In this document: piece after piece, positions 1 to 12,949 of the stretch
Layout: each line of letters begins with the position of its first letter
How positions within the stretch are numbered: the stretch's first letter is position 1
Source: Gnetum montanum
Lineage: Eukaryota; Plantae; Gnetophyta
Assembly (NCBI GenBank): GCA_015680685.1
Contig: MNCI01000310.1
Span: 62,001 to 126,000, forward strand
Direction: 5' to 3'
Length of the DNA: 64,000 nt
The notes under the pieces: generated by a model
What the model was told of the DNA's origin: nothing
Database searches by the model: none
Seen by the model: the letters and a program-made list of their open reading frames with translations, nothing else
Made by a program: the position numbers and the translations under genes

Positions 1-2046
1 GGAGAATGCTCTCAGGGAGGCTGCTCTCAAGGAGGGCACTCTTAGACAAAATACTCTCAATGAGGATGCTCCAGGGAGAATGCTACTAGTGATGTCCCTC
101 TCAAAGAGAAAAATATTTAGAAGGATGCTCTACTAGAGGGTGCTCTCAAGGAGAATGCTCTCGAGGAGGGTGATCTCATGTAGAACAGTCTTAAGGAGCA
201 TGCTCTCAAGGAGGGCATCACCAATGAGATTGATCTTAAAGAGGGAGTTCTAATGAAGGTATCTCTCCAAGAGAACAATCTCAACAAGGGTTATCTCAAG
301 GAGAACACTCTCATGTGCATAATGAAAAGTGCTCTTAAGGAGAACACTCTAAGGGAGGTCGCTCTCTAGGAGGGTGTCCTCCAAGAGGGAGCTCTCAACG
401 AGGGTGATCTAAGGGAGAATACTCTCACATGCATAATGCAATGTGCTCTCAAGGAAAATGCTCTCCAAGATGCCACTCTAATGGAGGAAACTCTGAAAAA
501 GAACACTCTTAGAAAGGGCAGTCTCATAGAGAAAATTCTTAATGATGATACTCTAGGCCAAGGCTTTCTTAGGGAGACTGCACTCAAGGAGGGTGTTCTC
601 AAGGAGGGTACTTTTAGGAAGGGTGCTCTCTGAAAGAATGCTCTCAGTGATGGTGCTCTCAAGGTGAACACTCTCATGTGCATAATGAAAGATGCTCTCA
701 TGGACAATGCTCTCACGAATTCCACTCTCAAGGAGAACACTCTTGCAGAGGCTACTTTAATGGAGAATGCTCTTAGGGAGAACACTCTTAGGGAGGGTGA
801 TCTCAAGGAGGGCACTCTTCAACAAAATGCTCTCAACAAGGATGCTTTAGGGAGAATTCTCCCAAGGAGTGCGCTCTCAAAGAGAATTCTCTTTGGAAGG
901 CTACTCTAATGGAGGGCACTCTCAAGAAGAATGCTCTCATAAAGGAACATCTCATAGAGAAGACTCTCAAGGAGGGACTCCCAAGGGAGACCACTCTCAA
1001 GGAGGACATTCAAATGTAGGACTCTCTCAAAAAGAATGCTCTCAAAAAGGGCACTCTCAAGGAGAACACTCTGACATGCGTAACGCAAGGTGCTCTCAAG
1101 GAAAATCCTCTAAGGGATGTCACTCTTAGGGAGAGTGCTCTTTTTGAAGGCACCCTTTGCGAGATCACTCTTAGGGAGGGAATTTTGAAGGAGGGAACAT
1201 TTAAGAAGGGTATTCTCTAATAGAACACTCTCAAAGAGCATGCTATCAAGGAGAACACTCACACAAGTGTACCCACCTCAAGGAGAACGCTCTCTGGAAG
1301 GGCATCCACAATGAGATCGATCTCAAGGAGGGTGTTGTACTGGAGAACAATCTCCAAGAGAACACTCTGAAGAAGGGTGCTCTCAAGGAGAACACTCACA
1401 TGCGTAACACAAAGTGCTCTTAACAAGGACACTCTCAAGGAGACCACTCTCACATGCATAGGGAAATGCACTCTCGAGGAAGGTGCTCTCAAGGACAATA
1501 CTCTCTGAGATACCACGCTAAAAGAGGAAGATCTCAAGGAGAATGCTCTTAGGGAGGGTGATCTCATGGAGAACATTCTTAAGGAGGACACTCTTGAGGA
1601 GGGCATCCTTAGAGAGACTACTCTCAAGGAGAGAGTTCTTAAGGATGGCACTCTTAGGAAGGGTGCTTTCTGAAAGAACACTCAACAAGGGTGCTTCGAA
1701 TGTGAACACTTTCACATGCAAACACAAGGTGCTCTCATGGAGGATGCTCTCAAGGAGAATTCTCTCATGCAGGCTGCTCTAATGGAGGATGCTCTTAGGG
1801 AGAATTCTCTTGAGGGAGGGCACTCTTTGACAAAATTCTCTCAATAAGGATTCTCCAAGTAGAACACTCTCAATGAGAGCACTCTCAAAGAGAACACTAT
1901 TTGAAAGGCTTCTCTAATGGAGGGAACTCTCAAGAAGAATGCTCTCATAGAGGGCCATCTCATGGAGAATGCTCTTAAGGAGGGTGTCCCCATGGGGACT
2001 GCTCTTAAGAAGGGCATTCTCTAAGAGAATGTTCTAAATGAGGTGA

Positions 2047-2975
2047 ATGTGAGAGTGTTCTCCTTGAGAGTGTCCTCATTGAGAGCTCCCTTTTAGAGGA
2101 CACCCTCTTATAGAGCACTCTCCCTTAGAGAAACCTCCCTTAGAGTGTTCTCCCTAAAAGCACTTTGCGTTGCATATGTGAGAGTGTCCTCCTTGAGAGC
2201 ACCCTTGTTTAGATTGTTCTCCTTGATATTACCCTTATTGAGAGCATTCTCTTGAAGAGCACCCTCCATTAGAATGTCCTCCTTAAGATCAATCTCACTG
2301 GGAACACCCTCCCCAAGAGTGTTCTCCTTGAGAATGCCCTCATTGAGAGTGTTCTATCAAAGAGTTCCCTCCCTGAGAACAACCTTCACGAGAGCATTCT
2401 CCTTGATAGCACCCTCCATGAGAGTGCCTTGCACCCTCATGTGAGTATTCTCCTTGAGAGCATCCTCATTGAGATAACCTTTCCTAAGAGTGCCCTCCTT
2501 AAGAATGCCCTCCCTGAGAGTAGTCTCCTTGAGGACACCCTCCTCAAGATCATCCTCCTTAAGAATTTTCTTCATTTGAGCACCCTCCTTGAGATTGCTC
2601 TCCTTGAGAGTGGCCTCTTGGAGAGTGTTCTTAAGATCACCTTTCCCTGAGAGTGCCTAGTGCTACTTATAGGAGAGTGTTCTTCATGAGAGTGTCCTCA
2701 TTGAGAGATTCCTTTCAAAGGGCATCCTCTTGAAGAGTGCGCTCCCTTAAAGGGACCTCCCTTAGAGCATTATCACTAAAAGCATTGTGTTACACATGTC
2801 AAAGTGTTCTCCTTAGGAGCATCCTTTTTGAGATTGTTCTCTTAGAGAGCTACCTCCATTAGAATGCCCTCCTTGAGATTGTCCTCCTTAAGAGCATTCT
2901 ACATGAGATTGCCCTCCTTAAGAGTGTTCTCCTTGAGAGCACCATTTGTTAGAGTGGCCTTGTGAAGAGTGTTCT
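2047..2975 (-). repeat. Inverted segment of the satellite (~930 bp)
   Basis: Units switch to the reverse complement (GAGAGTGTTCTCCTTGAGAG) at ~2047 and switch back at ~2976. Breakpoints are approximate to a few nt. Confidence 0.9.
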
Positions 2976-5618
2976 CATGGACAACGCTCTCATGGAGGCT
3001 GCTCTCAAGGAGAACGATCTTGCAAAGGCCACTCTTAGGGAGAATAATCTCAAGAAGGGTGCTCTAAAGGAGGGCACTCTTCAATAGAATGATCTCAATG
3101 AGAATGCTTGAGGGAGAATACTCCTAGTGAGGGTCCTCTTAAAGAGAATTCTCTTTGGAAGGCCACTCTAACAAAGGATGCTCTTAAGCTGAACACTCTC
3201 GGGGAGGGCATCCCAAGCGAGACAAATCTCAAGGAGGGCATTCTAATGAAGGGCACTCTCCAAGAGAATGCTCTCAACAAGGGTGCTTTCTAGGAGAACA
3301 CTCTCATGTGTGTAATGTAAGGGGCTCTTAGGGAGAATGCTCTAAGGGAGGTCACTCTAAGTAAGAGCACTCTCTAGGAGGGTGCCCTTAGAGAGCGAGC
3401 TCCCAACGAGGGCACTCTCAAGGAGAACACTCTCATGTTCATAGTGTGAGGAGCTCTTTGGAAAGGTGCTATCAAGGAGAACACTCTTTGAAACGTTGCT
3501 CTAATAGAGGGCACTCTTAGGGAGGGAGCTCTCACTAAGAACATTCTTAAGGAGGATGCTCTCAAGGAGGACATCCTCAGGGAGACCACTCTCAAGGAGG
3601 ACACTCTTTGACAAAATGCTCTCAATGAGGATGCTCCAGAGACAACGATCTTGGCATGGATCCTCTCAAAGAGAATGCTCTTAAGAAGGTTGAAGTAACA
3701 TAGGGTGCTCTCATTGAGAATGCTCTTGAGGAGGGTGATCTTAAGGAGGATGCTCTCAAGTAGGGTGTCCCCAATGAGACCAATCTCAAGGAGGGCATTC
3801 TAATGGAGGTAGCTCTCCAAGAGAATAATCTCAACAAGGCTGATCTCAAGGAGAACATTCTCACATGCATAATGCAAAGTGATCTTAGGGAGAATGATCT
3901 AAGGGAGGTCACTCTAAGAGAGAGCGTTCTTTGAAAGGATGTCCTTCGAGAGGGAGCTCTCAACAATGGTGCTCTCAAGAAGAACACTTTCATGTTCATA
4001 GCACAAGGCACTCTTAGGGAAGGCACTCTCAAGGAGAATGCTCTCCGATATTCCACTCTCACGGAGGAATCTCTCAAGGAGAATGCTCCCAAGGAGGGCA
4101 CTCTCAGGGAGGGTGATCTCATGGAGAACATTATTAAGGAGGATTCTCTCAAGGAGGGCATTCTCAGGGAGGGCACTCTTAGGAAGGATCCTCTCCAAAA
4201 GAATGCCCTTAGTGAGGGTGCTCTTGAGGTGAACACTCTCATGTGCATAACGCGAGGTTTTCTCATGGACAACACTCTCATGGAGGCCACTCTCAGGGAG
4301 AACGCTCTCATGGAGGCTGCTCTAATGGAGGCTACTCTTAGGGGGAATGCTCTCAAAGATGGCACTCTTTGATAAAATGCTCTCAACGAGGATGCTCCAA
4401 GGAGAACACTCTTCATAAGGCTGCTCTAATGGAGGTATCTCTCAAGGAGAATGCTCTCGGGAAGGGTGATCTCACGTAGAACACTCTTAAGGAGGATGTT
4501 GTAAAGGAGGCCATCTTCAGAGAGACTGCTCTCAAGGAGGACACTCTCAAAGAGAATGCTCTCAACAAGGGAGTTTTTGAGGAGAACACTCTTATGTGCA
4601 TAACACAAGGTGCTCTCAAGGAGAACATTCTGAGGGAGGTCACCTTAAGGAAGAGTGCGCTCCATGAGGATGTCCTCCGAAAGGGATCTCTCAATGAGGG
4701 CGCTATCTAGGAGAACACTCTCATGTGTGTAGTGCAAGGAGCTCCCGGGGAAGGCACTCTTAAGGAGAAAAATCTTCAAAAGGCCACTCTAATGGAGGAG
4801 GATCTCAAGTAGAATTCTCTCAGGAAGGGCACTATCAGGGAGGGTGCTCTCATGGAGAACACTCTTAAGGAAGATGCTCGAGGAGTGGGTCCTTAGGAAC
4901 ATTTCTCTTAGGGAGGGAATTTTGAAGGAGGGAACTCTTATGAAGGTTGCTCTTCAATAGAACACTCTCAATGAAGACACTCTCAAGGAGAACACTCAAA
5001 TAAGGGTGCAAGGTGCTCTCATGGAGGGCTCTTGCAAGGAGAACACTCTCATGGAGGCAGATCTAACATAGAAAGCTCTCAGGGAGGGCACTCTCATGGA
5101 GAATGCACTTAAGGAGGATACTATTGAGGATGGCATCCTTAGGGAGACAACATTGAGGAAGGGCATTCTTAGGGAGGAGACTCTTAGGAAGGACACTATC
5201 CAAAAGAAAATTCTCAATGAGGGTACTCTCGAGGTGAACAGTCTCACATGCGTAACGCAAGGTGCTCTCATGGAAAACACTCTCATGGAGGCCACTCTCA
5301 AGGAGAACACTCTCGTAAAGGCCACTGTAGCAAAGGCCACTCTTAAGGAGAATGCTCTCAAGAAGGGCACTCTAAAGGAAGGCACTCTTTGACAAAAAAA
5401 TCTCAACGAGGGTGCTCTAGGGAAAATGCTCTTTGGAAGGCCACTCTAATGGAGGGTGCTCTTAAGTAGAATACTCTCAGGGAGGGCATCCCTAGTGAGA
5501 CAAATCTCAAGGAGGGTGTTCTAATGGAGGGCACTCTCCAAGAGAACGCTCTCAATAAGGGCACTCTCGAGGAGAACACTCTCACATGCATAATGCAAGG
5601 TACTCTTAGGAAGAACAC

Positions 5619-5825
5619 TCCTTGAGAATGTTCTTGATTAGAGTACCCTCCTTGAGAGCACCCTCCATTAGAATGCCCTTTCAGAGAGCATTTTCCTTGA
5701 GAGCACCTTCCTTGAGAAATCCTTGTGCTATGCACATGACAGTGTTCTCCTTGATAGTGCCCTCATTAAGACCTCCCTCTTTGAGGGTGCCCTTCCAGAG
5801 AGTGCTCTTTCTCAGAGAAACCTCC
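5619..5825 (-). repeat. Second inverted segment of the satellite (~205 bp)
   Basis: Orientation flips at AAGAACACTC|CTTGAGAATG and returns at AAACCTCC|AAGGCATCC. Confidence 0.88.
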
Positions 5826-8800
5826 AAGGCATCCTTAGTGAGACTGATCTCAAGGAAGGCATCCTAATGGAAGTAGCTCTCCAAGAGAATAATATCAACA
5901 AGGGTGCTCTTAAGAAGAATGCTCTCATGTGCGTAACACAAAGTGCTCTAAGGGAAAATTCTCTAAGGGAGGTCACTCTGAGGGAGAGCACTCTCCATAA
6001 GGGCATCCTCCAAGGGATCTCTCAACAAGGGTGCTCTCGAGAAGAACACTCTCATGTGTGTAGCATAAGGAGCTCTCAGGGAAGACATGCTTACGGAGAA
6101 CAATCTCTGAAAGGCCACTCTGATGAAGGAGGCTCTTAAGGAGGATGCTCTTGTAGAGACCACTCTCATAGAGGACGCTCTTAAGGAGGATGCTCTTGAG
6201 GAGTGGGTCCTTAAGTATATAGCTCTTAGTGAGGGCTTTCTCAAGGAGGGCACTCTTAGGAAGGGTGCTCTCCTATAGAACACTCTCAATGAGGATGCTC
6301 TCGAGGAGAACACTCACATGAGAGTGTAAGGTGCTCTCATGGAGGGTGCTCTCAAGGAGAATGCTCTCACAGAGGAAGATCTAATATAGAAAGCTCTTAG
6401 GAAGAATGCTTTCAGGGAGGGCACTCTCATGAAGAACACTCTTAAGAAGGACCCTATCGAGGATGGCTTCCTCAAGTAGACAGCTCTTAAGGAGGGCATA
6501 TTCTTAGGGAGGGCACTCTTATGAAGGGCACTCTCTAGAAAAACGTTCTCAATGAGGGCACTCTCAAGGTGAACACTCTCACATGCATAACACAAGATGA
6601 TCTTATGAAAAATGCTCTCATGAAGGGCACTCTCAAGGAGAACACTCTTACAGAGGTTGCTCTAGTAGAGGATACTCTTAGGGAGAATGCTCTCGAGAAG
6701 GGCACTCTAAACAAGGGCATCTTTGATAGAACAATCTTAATGAGGGCACTTCAAGGAGAACACTCCTAGGAAGGGACCTCTAAAATTAAATGCTCTTTAG
6801 AAGGCTACTCTAATGGAGGGCACTCTCAAGTTGAACGCTCTTAGGGAGGGCATCCCCAGTGAGACCAATCTCAAGGAGGGAGTTCGAATGAAGGGCACTC
6901 TCCAACAAAATGCTCTCAACAAGGGCACTCTCAAGGAGAACACTCTCACTTTCATAACACAAGGTACTCTTGGGGAGAATTCTCTAAGAAAGATCGCTCT
7001 AAGAAAGAGCACTTTCCAGGAGGGTGCCCTCCAAGAGGAAGCTCTCAATGAGGGTACTCTCGAGAAGAACACTCTCACGTGCATAGCACAAGGCACTCTC
7101 AGGGAAGGTTCTCTCAAGGAGAACACTCTTCGAAATGCTACTCTAATAGAGCACAATCTCATAGAGGGCACTCTCATCGAGAATGTTCTTAAGGAGGATG
7201 CTCTCAAGGAGGGAGTCCTCAAGGAGACCACTCTCAAGGAGGGCACTCTTCAACAAAATGCTCTCAATGAGGATGCTCCAGAGAGAATGCTCCCAGTGAG
7301 GGCCCTCTCAATGAGAACGCTCTTTAGAAGGTCATCCTAATGGAGGATGCTTTTAACAATAATGCTTTTGGGGAGGGTGATCTTACATAAAATGCTCTTA
7401 AGGAGGATAATCTTAAGGAAGGCATCTCCAGTGAGACTAGTCTCAAGGGGTGCATTCTAATAGAGGTAGTTCTCTAAGAGAACAATCTCAACAAGGGCAT
7501 TCTCGAGGAGAACACTCTCATGTGCATAACACAAAGAGCTCTCAGAGAGAACATTTTGAGGGAGGTCGCTCTGAGGGAGAGTGCTCTCTGGGAGGTCATC
7601 CTCCAAAAGGGAGCTCTCAACAAGGGTGCTCTCGAGGAGAACACTCTTACATGCATAGCACAAGGCAATCTTGAGGAAGGCACTCTCAAGGAGAATGCTC
7701 TCCAAGATGCCACTATAATGGAGGAATATCTCAAGGAGAATGCTCTTAGGAAGGGCAATCTCATGAATAACATTCTTAAGGAGGATGCTCTCGAGGAGGG
7801 TTTTCTCAAGGAGATTGCTCTCAAAGGGGGCATTATTAGGAAGGGTAATCTTAGGAAGGGCACTATTTGAAAGAACACTCTCAATGAGGGTGCTCTTGAG
7901 ATGAACACTCTCATGTGCGTAACGCAAGGTGCTCTCATGAAAAACACTCTTGTGGAGGCCAATCTCAAGGAGAACACTCTCGTAGAGGCCACTCTAATGA
8001 AGGATGCTCTCAAGGAGAACACTCTCAACGAGAATGCTCTTGAGATGAACACTCTCATATGCATAATGCAAGGTGCTCTCATGGACAATGCTCTCATGGA
8101 GGCCACTCTCAAGGAGAACACTCTCATAGAGGCCAGTCTAATGAAGGCTGCTCTCAAGGAGAACACTCTCAACAAGGGCACTCTTCAACAAAATGCTCTC
8201 AATGAGGGCACTCTAGGAAGAATGCTCTTCGGAAGGCTACTCTAATGGAGAGAATTCTCAAGGAGAATGCTCTCAGGGAGGGTGATCTCATGTAGAATGC
8301 ACTTAAGTAGGATGCTCTCAAGCAAGGCATTCTAATGGTGGATGCTCTCAAGGAGGGTGCTCTCCAAAAGAACACTCTCAACAAGGGTGCTCTTGAGGAG
8401 AATACTCTCATGTACATAATGCAAGATGCTCTCAAGGAGAATGCTTTGAGGGATGTTGCTCTAAGGAAGAGCACTCTCCATGAGGGTATCCTATGAGAGG
8501 GATCTCTTAACAAGGGTACTCTCTAGGACAACACTTTCATGTGCATAGTAAAAGACACTCTCAAGGAAGATGCTCTTAAGGAGAACAATCACTAAAAGGC
8601 CACTCTAATAAAGAAGGCTCTCAAGGACAATGCTCTCAAGGAGGACACTCTCACAAAGAATACTCTTAAGGAGGATGCTCTTGAGAAGTGGGTCCTTAGG
8701 TAGATTACTCTTAGAGAGGGTGTTCTCAAGGAAGGAACTCTTAGGAAGGGTGCTCTCTGATAAAACACTCTCAATGATGATTCTGTCGAGGAGAACACTC

Positions 8801-9644
8801 ATACAAGGATGCAAGGTGCTCTCATGGAGGTAGATCTAATGTTGAAAGCTCTCAAGGAGGGCACTCTCACAGAGAATGCTCTGAAGGAGGATGCTATTGA
8901 GGATGTCGACCTTAGGAAGATAGCTCTCAAGGAGGGCGTTCTTAGGGAGGGCACTCTTAGAAAGGGCACTCTCCAAAAAAATGTTATCAATAAGGGTGCT
9001 ATTGAGGTGAACACTCTCATGTTCATAACACAATATGCTCTCATGGACAATGCTCTCATGGAGGTTGCTCTCAAGGAGAACACTCTCATGGAGGCCACTC
9101 TCAAAGAGAATGCTCTCAGGAAGGGTGCTCTAAAGGAGGGCACACTTTGATAGAATGATCTCAATGAGGGCATTCTAGGGAGAACATTCCTACTGAGGGC
9201 TCTCTCAAATAGAATGATCTTCAAAAGGCTGCTCTAATGGAGGGCACTCTCAAGCATAATGCTCTTGGGGAGGGTGTCCCCAACAAGGAAAATATCAAGG
9301 AGGAAGTTCTAATGGAGGGTTCTCTCCAATAGAATTCTCTAAAAAAGGGCACTCTCAAGGAGAACACTCTCACATCCATAACATAAGGTTCTCTTACGGA
9401 GAACACTCTAAGAAAGAGTGCTCTTTAGGAGGACATCCTTAGAGATAGAGCTCTCAATGAGGGTACTCCCAAGGAGAACACTATCACATGCATAGTGCAA
9501 GGAGCTCTTACGAAAGGCACTCTTAAGGAGAATGCTCTCTGAAAGGCTACTCTAATGAAGGGCATTCTCAGGGAGGGTGCTCTCACCAAGAACGTTGTTA
9601 AGGAGGACGCTCTCAAGGAGGGCGTCCTCAGGGAGACTACTCTC

Positions 9645-11235
9645 TATAACGATGGAAAACGTTGATTGCTGGAAATACCGAGTGAATATCCGTGTACACA
9701 ATCTTAACCACAGATCCGTGCGAGGGCCATGTTGGAGAAAACGAATCCAAGGTGCCCTGAACAGTCTTGTCGATTAGACAGGGACTTACTTAATCAATAA
9801 ATTATCGAATATCACAGTAGTATACATATTTTATGTATATATTTCACGAAATGAATTAATTCAATGAATCGTAGAGGGAGATGAAAATAATGTAAAGAAC
9901 TTGAAATAACAATAATGTCAATGCGACAAGGAAGATCATATTTAGAAAAGATGCGTAATTCCAAGATCTATGATTTGACTTAAAAGCTAAATATATTGCA
10001 TACAATGTTCTAATAGTAGACTTCGCTTATCTTTGTGCAAAGCATACACAAAACAATAAGAAAACTATTTAAAAGGAAGAACAGAATGAAGGTTGATCTA
10101 CCTCATAAGCCAAAAGTAGAATACAAGGAAGGTTAAGCTTGGATGTCTATCGATCAACTATTTCTATTCAATAAACCTTTCTAGTCGTACCAGATGATCT
10201 CTCGATCTCTGATCTACTCCTTTTGCCCTTAGTAATCTTTGCTTAAAGTTGCAAATGATCTCCAATGAAGAGGATAATGTTTTCGCCAAGAAGACTGATC
10301 ACTCCCGTTGCCAATGCTCAAACAATGCCTTATGTCCTTCAAAAGAAGAAAAATCCCTCTTCCCTTCCTCCTCCAACAGCTGTAGTATTTATAAGTTCAG
10401 CGTCACGTGGGAAGGCACAGCCCTGATGACACGTGTCTCAAACTTTCAAAACACCGTTGACTTGACAATTTTTATGTTAAAGATGGTCATGCCGCATTAT
10501 GTTTTGGGGGGTGCGAAGTACACTGTAAACCACTCCTGCTAAAACCGCCTCATGATTACACTACGATACACTGATAAGCATATTGTTGTGTATGGATAGC
10601 AGGCACATGTCTAGTATTGCCTTAGCTGAATTTACACTATATTACACTTATTTATACTACATAGTGTGGTAGAGTGTAATAGAGCATAAAAGTAGTTAAC
10701 TCAAGCTACTTTTGCACTTATTTACGTCACAAAGTGTAATGGAGCGCAAAAATATTCAACCTCACAATAAGTTACACTTGTTTACACTACGTAGCGTAAT
10801 AAGCATAAAGTGACCAATCTGTAAAAAAGAAGTCAATCTGCTATGCTCCTTTGGAATCTGACTTTGACTTCCTCAAAGCTCATTACGCTACTCTACGTAA
10901 TGGAGCATAAATTCAGTCCTGAACAAAAGACTTGGTGGAATATGCGACAAGTCGTAGTCCGCTGCTTAGGCATTAAACTTTGTCGTATTCGCCAAAGTAA
11001 GCTACCTTCCAATATCGCGCTACATTAAGTAGAATTATGCCAAGTGACATGATGCTATGTTGCATAATGTGGTGTAAAGAGAGAAAACAAAATAAAGTTA
11101 GAATTTTTAAAAGACTTGGAGACTTGATGTTGCACGCCTCTTTACCTTGTTCTGTCTTCTGGATTTCTGCTGCAAACTTTCTCCCAAATCATGAATCTTT
11201 GCCCTAGGCCGATTTGCAATTTTCACGGTGTTTCA
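9645..11235 (-). repeat. 3' LTR (1591 bp)
   Basis: Plus-strand ends TATAACGATGG...CACGGTGTTTCA, colinear with 25806-27394. Hand count gives 18 mismatches in the first ~196 bp, mostly C/T and G/A. Confidence 0.95.
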
Positions 11236-11252
11236 ATGGTCTCTCTTTGTTG
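11236..11252 (-). promoter_or_regulatory. Polypurine-tract position upstream of the 3' LTR
   Basis: Minus strand reads CAACAAAGAGAGACCAT immediately before the TGAAAC LTR start. Confidence 0.6.
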
Positions 11253-12300
11253 ACATTTAGAGGGCTTGCCCGAATGATGTCGACAAAGAATATGAAACAC
11301 TGGATGGGTAAAAGTACCAAAAGCATCCATCGACAGTTACTCAAGTGTTGCCCTGTCAATCTAGAAGTGCAGAAGTGAGGAAAATTAAAGATAAAATGGT
11401 GCAAGAGGGAATTCTTACAAAGGCAAGAAGAGAGAGGTTCGAGGAAGACTCAAGTATGTGAGTATGGCTTTTCGCGCATAAGCGATCAGGCCTTCTCCTG
11501 TGATTACATTTGCATGGAGTTATACCATCATATTGTAGATAAAGGTGCTTGCATGGATGATTTTTGTTATGTATGCATGGCCTGGATGAGTTTTTTTTCA
11601 TCCATTTTGCCGACTCCCTTTTTTTTGTGCCCACTAGGCAAGTTGTGTTGCGCCAGTTCATGAACTTGATTGTAATGCAAATGCGAAAAGCGTATGTTGC
11701 ATATTCACATTTTGTACAAGGAAAATAGATGGAATGGCCAAGGAGGGGAATAGGAACAAGAGGTCAGATTATGAGGAAGATAGGGTTGCACACTCCTAAG
11801 TAGAAAGGCTAACCTAAGCGGCCATCCCAAAATGTTGTCTGTACTTCACTGCTCTGGTGAACGTACTTTTGAACAACATCCTCATAGCAAGTAACCTACA
11901 ATCAAAAAATAAAATAGAGGACACCATTGCTCAGCTGAATCACTGGAGAAGTTATTGAAACAAGTATCATCCAGGGTGAGAAGGATTGAGCGGGCCATGG
12001 GTAAGCGACCATAGCAAGAGGCCAGGGTCTCAATGTTGATGCTCGGCCCAGCATATCGCCACCAAAAATCAGACTCATTTCACCCAACTAGTTATGCAAA
12101 GAACCAGCTAGGTGAATCTGTGAAGCCAAAGTCTGATAGTGATGATGAGCGGAGATCCCCCAAGGCCGTGGTTGATGAGAACTACTTTGGGGCTCCAAAA
12201 GGCGAAACTGACCTCTTAGAGGTGCCACCGCTAAAATGGGTGTAGTGAAGGCATCTTCGAGGGATCAGTAGTATGTCTTTTAGCATATCCATGGAATCAA
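11237..12300 (+). pseudogene. Candidate small spliced antisense extra ORF in the element's 3' region
   Basis: Frame DVDKEYETLDG*KYQKH...ERFEEDS continues across GT-AG introns 11454-11538 and 11571-11637 into ASCVAPVHELDCNANAK... with few stops. No recognised domain. Confidence 0.4.
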
Positions 12301-12374
12301 TAGAATGCCCGTGAGGTAGTGACTCTGGGGCTATTCGAACATCCCACCCCATTCATTTTGTAACTACGCAGAGA

Positions 12375-12945
12375 TGTTTACGCTCACTTGATTCATATGT
12401 TGGTGGTCTGTAGGTCCCAGTTTTAAGTCCTAGTAGACCACGCTCACTTGATTCATATGTTGGCAAACTGTTGTTGCTGGTTTTAAGTCCTAGCAGACCA
12501 TGATCCCGGTTTAAAGTCTGGGCAGACTAAAAAATGCTAGTTTTACATCATAGCAAACGGTGGTAGAGCTGATTTATGGTCTCAGCAGACCATGCTATGG
12601 ATGTCATTTTTATGTCGTGACCCAGGGACAAGTCTGTGCTAGTTTTACGACTCAGCAGACGAATGCTTACCTTTGCCAGTTTTATGTCATGGCAGATATG
12701 TCTTGGTGGACCTGTACAACACTGCCAATTTTACGTCATAGCGGACAATTGCAATTTTCCAGTTTTACATCGTGGCGGACGATCGTTGCTAGTTTAATGT
12801 CATGGAGGATGTGTGCAAAAAGTGCCAGTTTTACGTTGTAGCGGACGATCATTGCCAGTTTAGCGTTGTGATGGACACATGAGGAGAATGCCAATTTTAC
12901 ATCATAGCAAACAATTGTTGCACCTAATGTTAACACTGGATATGC
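12375..12945. repeat. Short tandem subrepeats in the element's 3' UTR (GC(T/C)AGTTTTAC(A/G)TC, ~30-35 bp units, plus a 60-bp duplication)
   Basis: Repeated gccagttttacgtc/gctagttttacatc motifs. cgctcacttgattcatatgttgg occurs at 12381 and 12441. Confidence 0.8.
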
Positions 12946-12949
12946 AACT

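Larger units (their letters stand above)
1..9644. repeat. Degenerate 15-bp-monomer tandem satellite (CTCTCAAGGAG(GGCA/AACA/AATG/GATG)-type units) with higher-order structure; left block, runs off the window start
   Basis: CTCT(C/T)AAGGAG core recurs about every 15 nt. Interspersed 24-nt variants (CTCTCACATGCATAATGCAAGGTG) and 14-nt variants occur. The ORF track shows matching 5-aa periodicity (TLKEN/ALKEG; RAFSL/RVPSL) broken by frequent stops. Confidence 0.95.

Noticed and set aside
1-9644. Dozens of ORFs (xLKEN / RAFSL repeats) as pentapeptide-repeat or LRR genes
   Set aside because: They appear in several frames on both strands as a by-product of the 15-nt period. They are broken by stops and frameshifts and do not fit the A(D/N)Lxx consensus.
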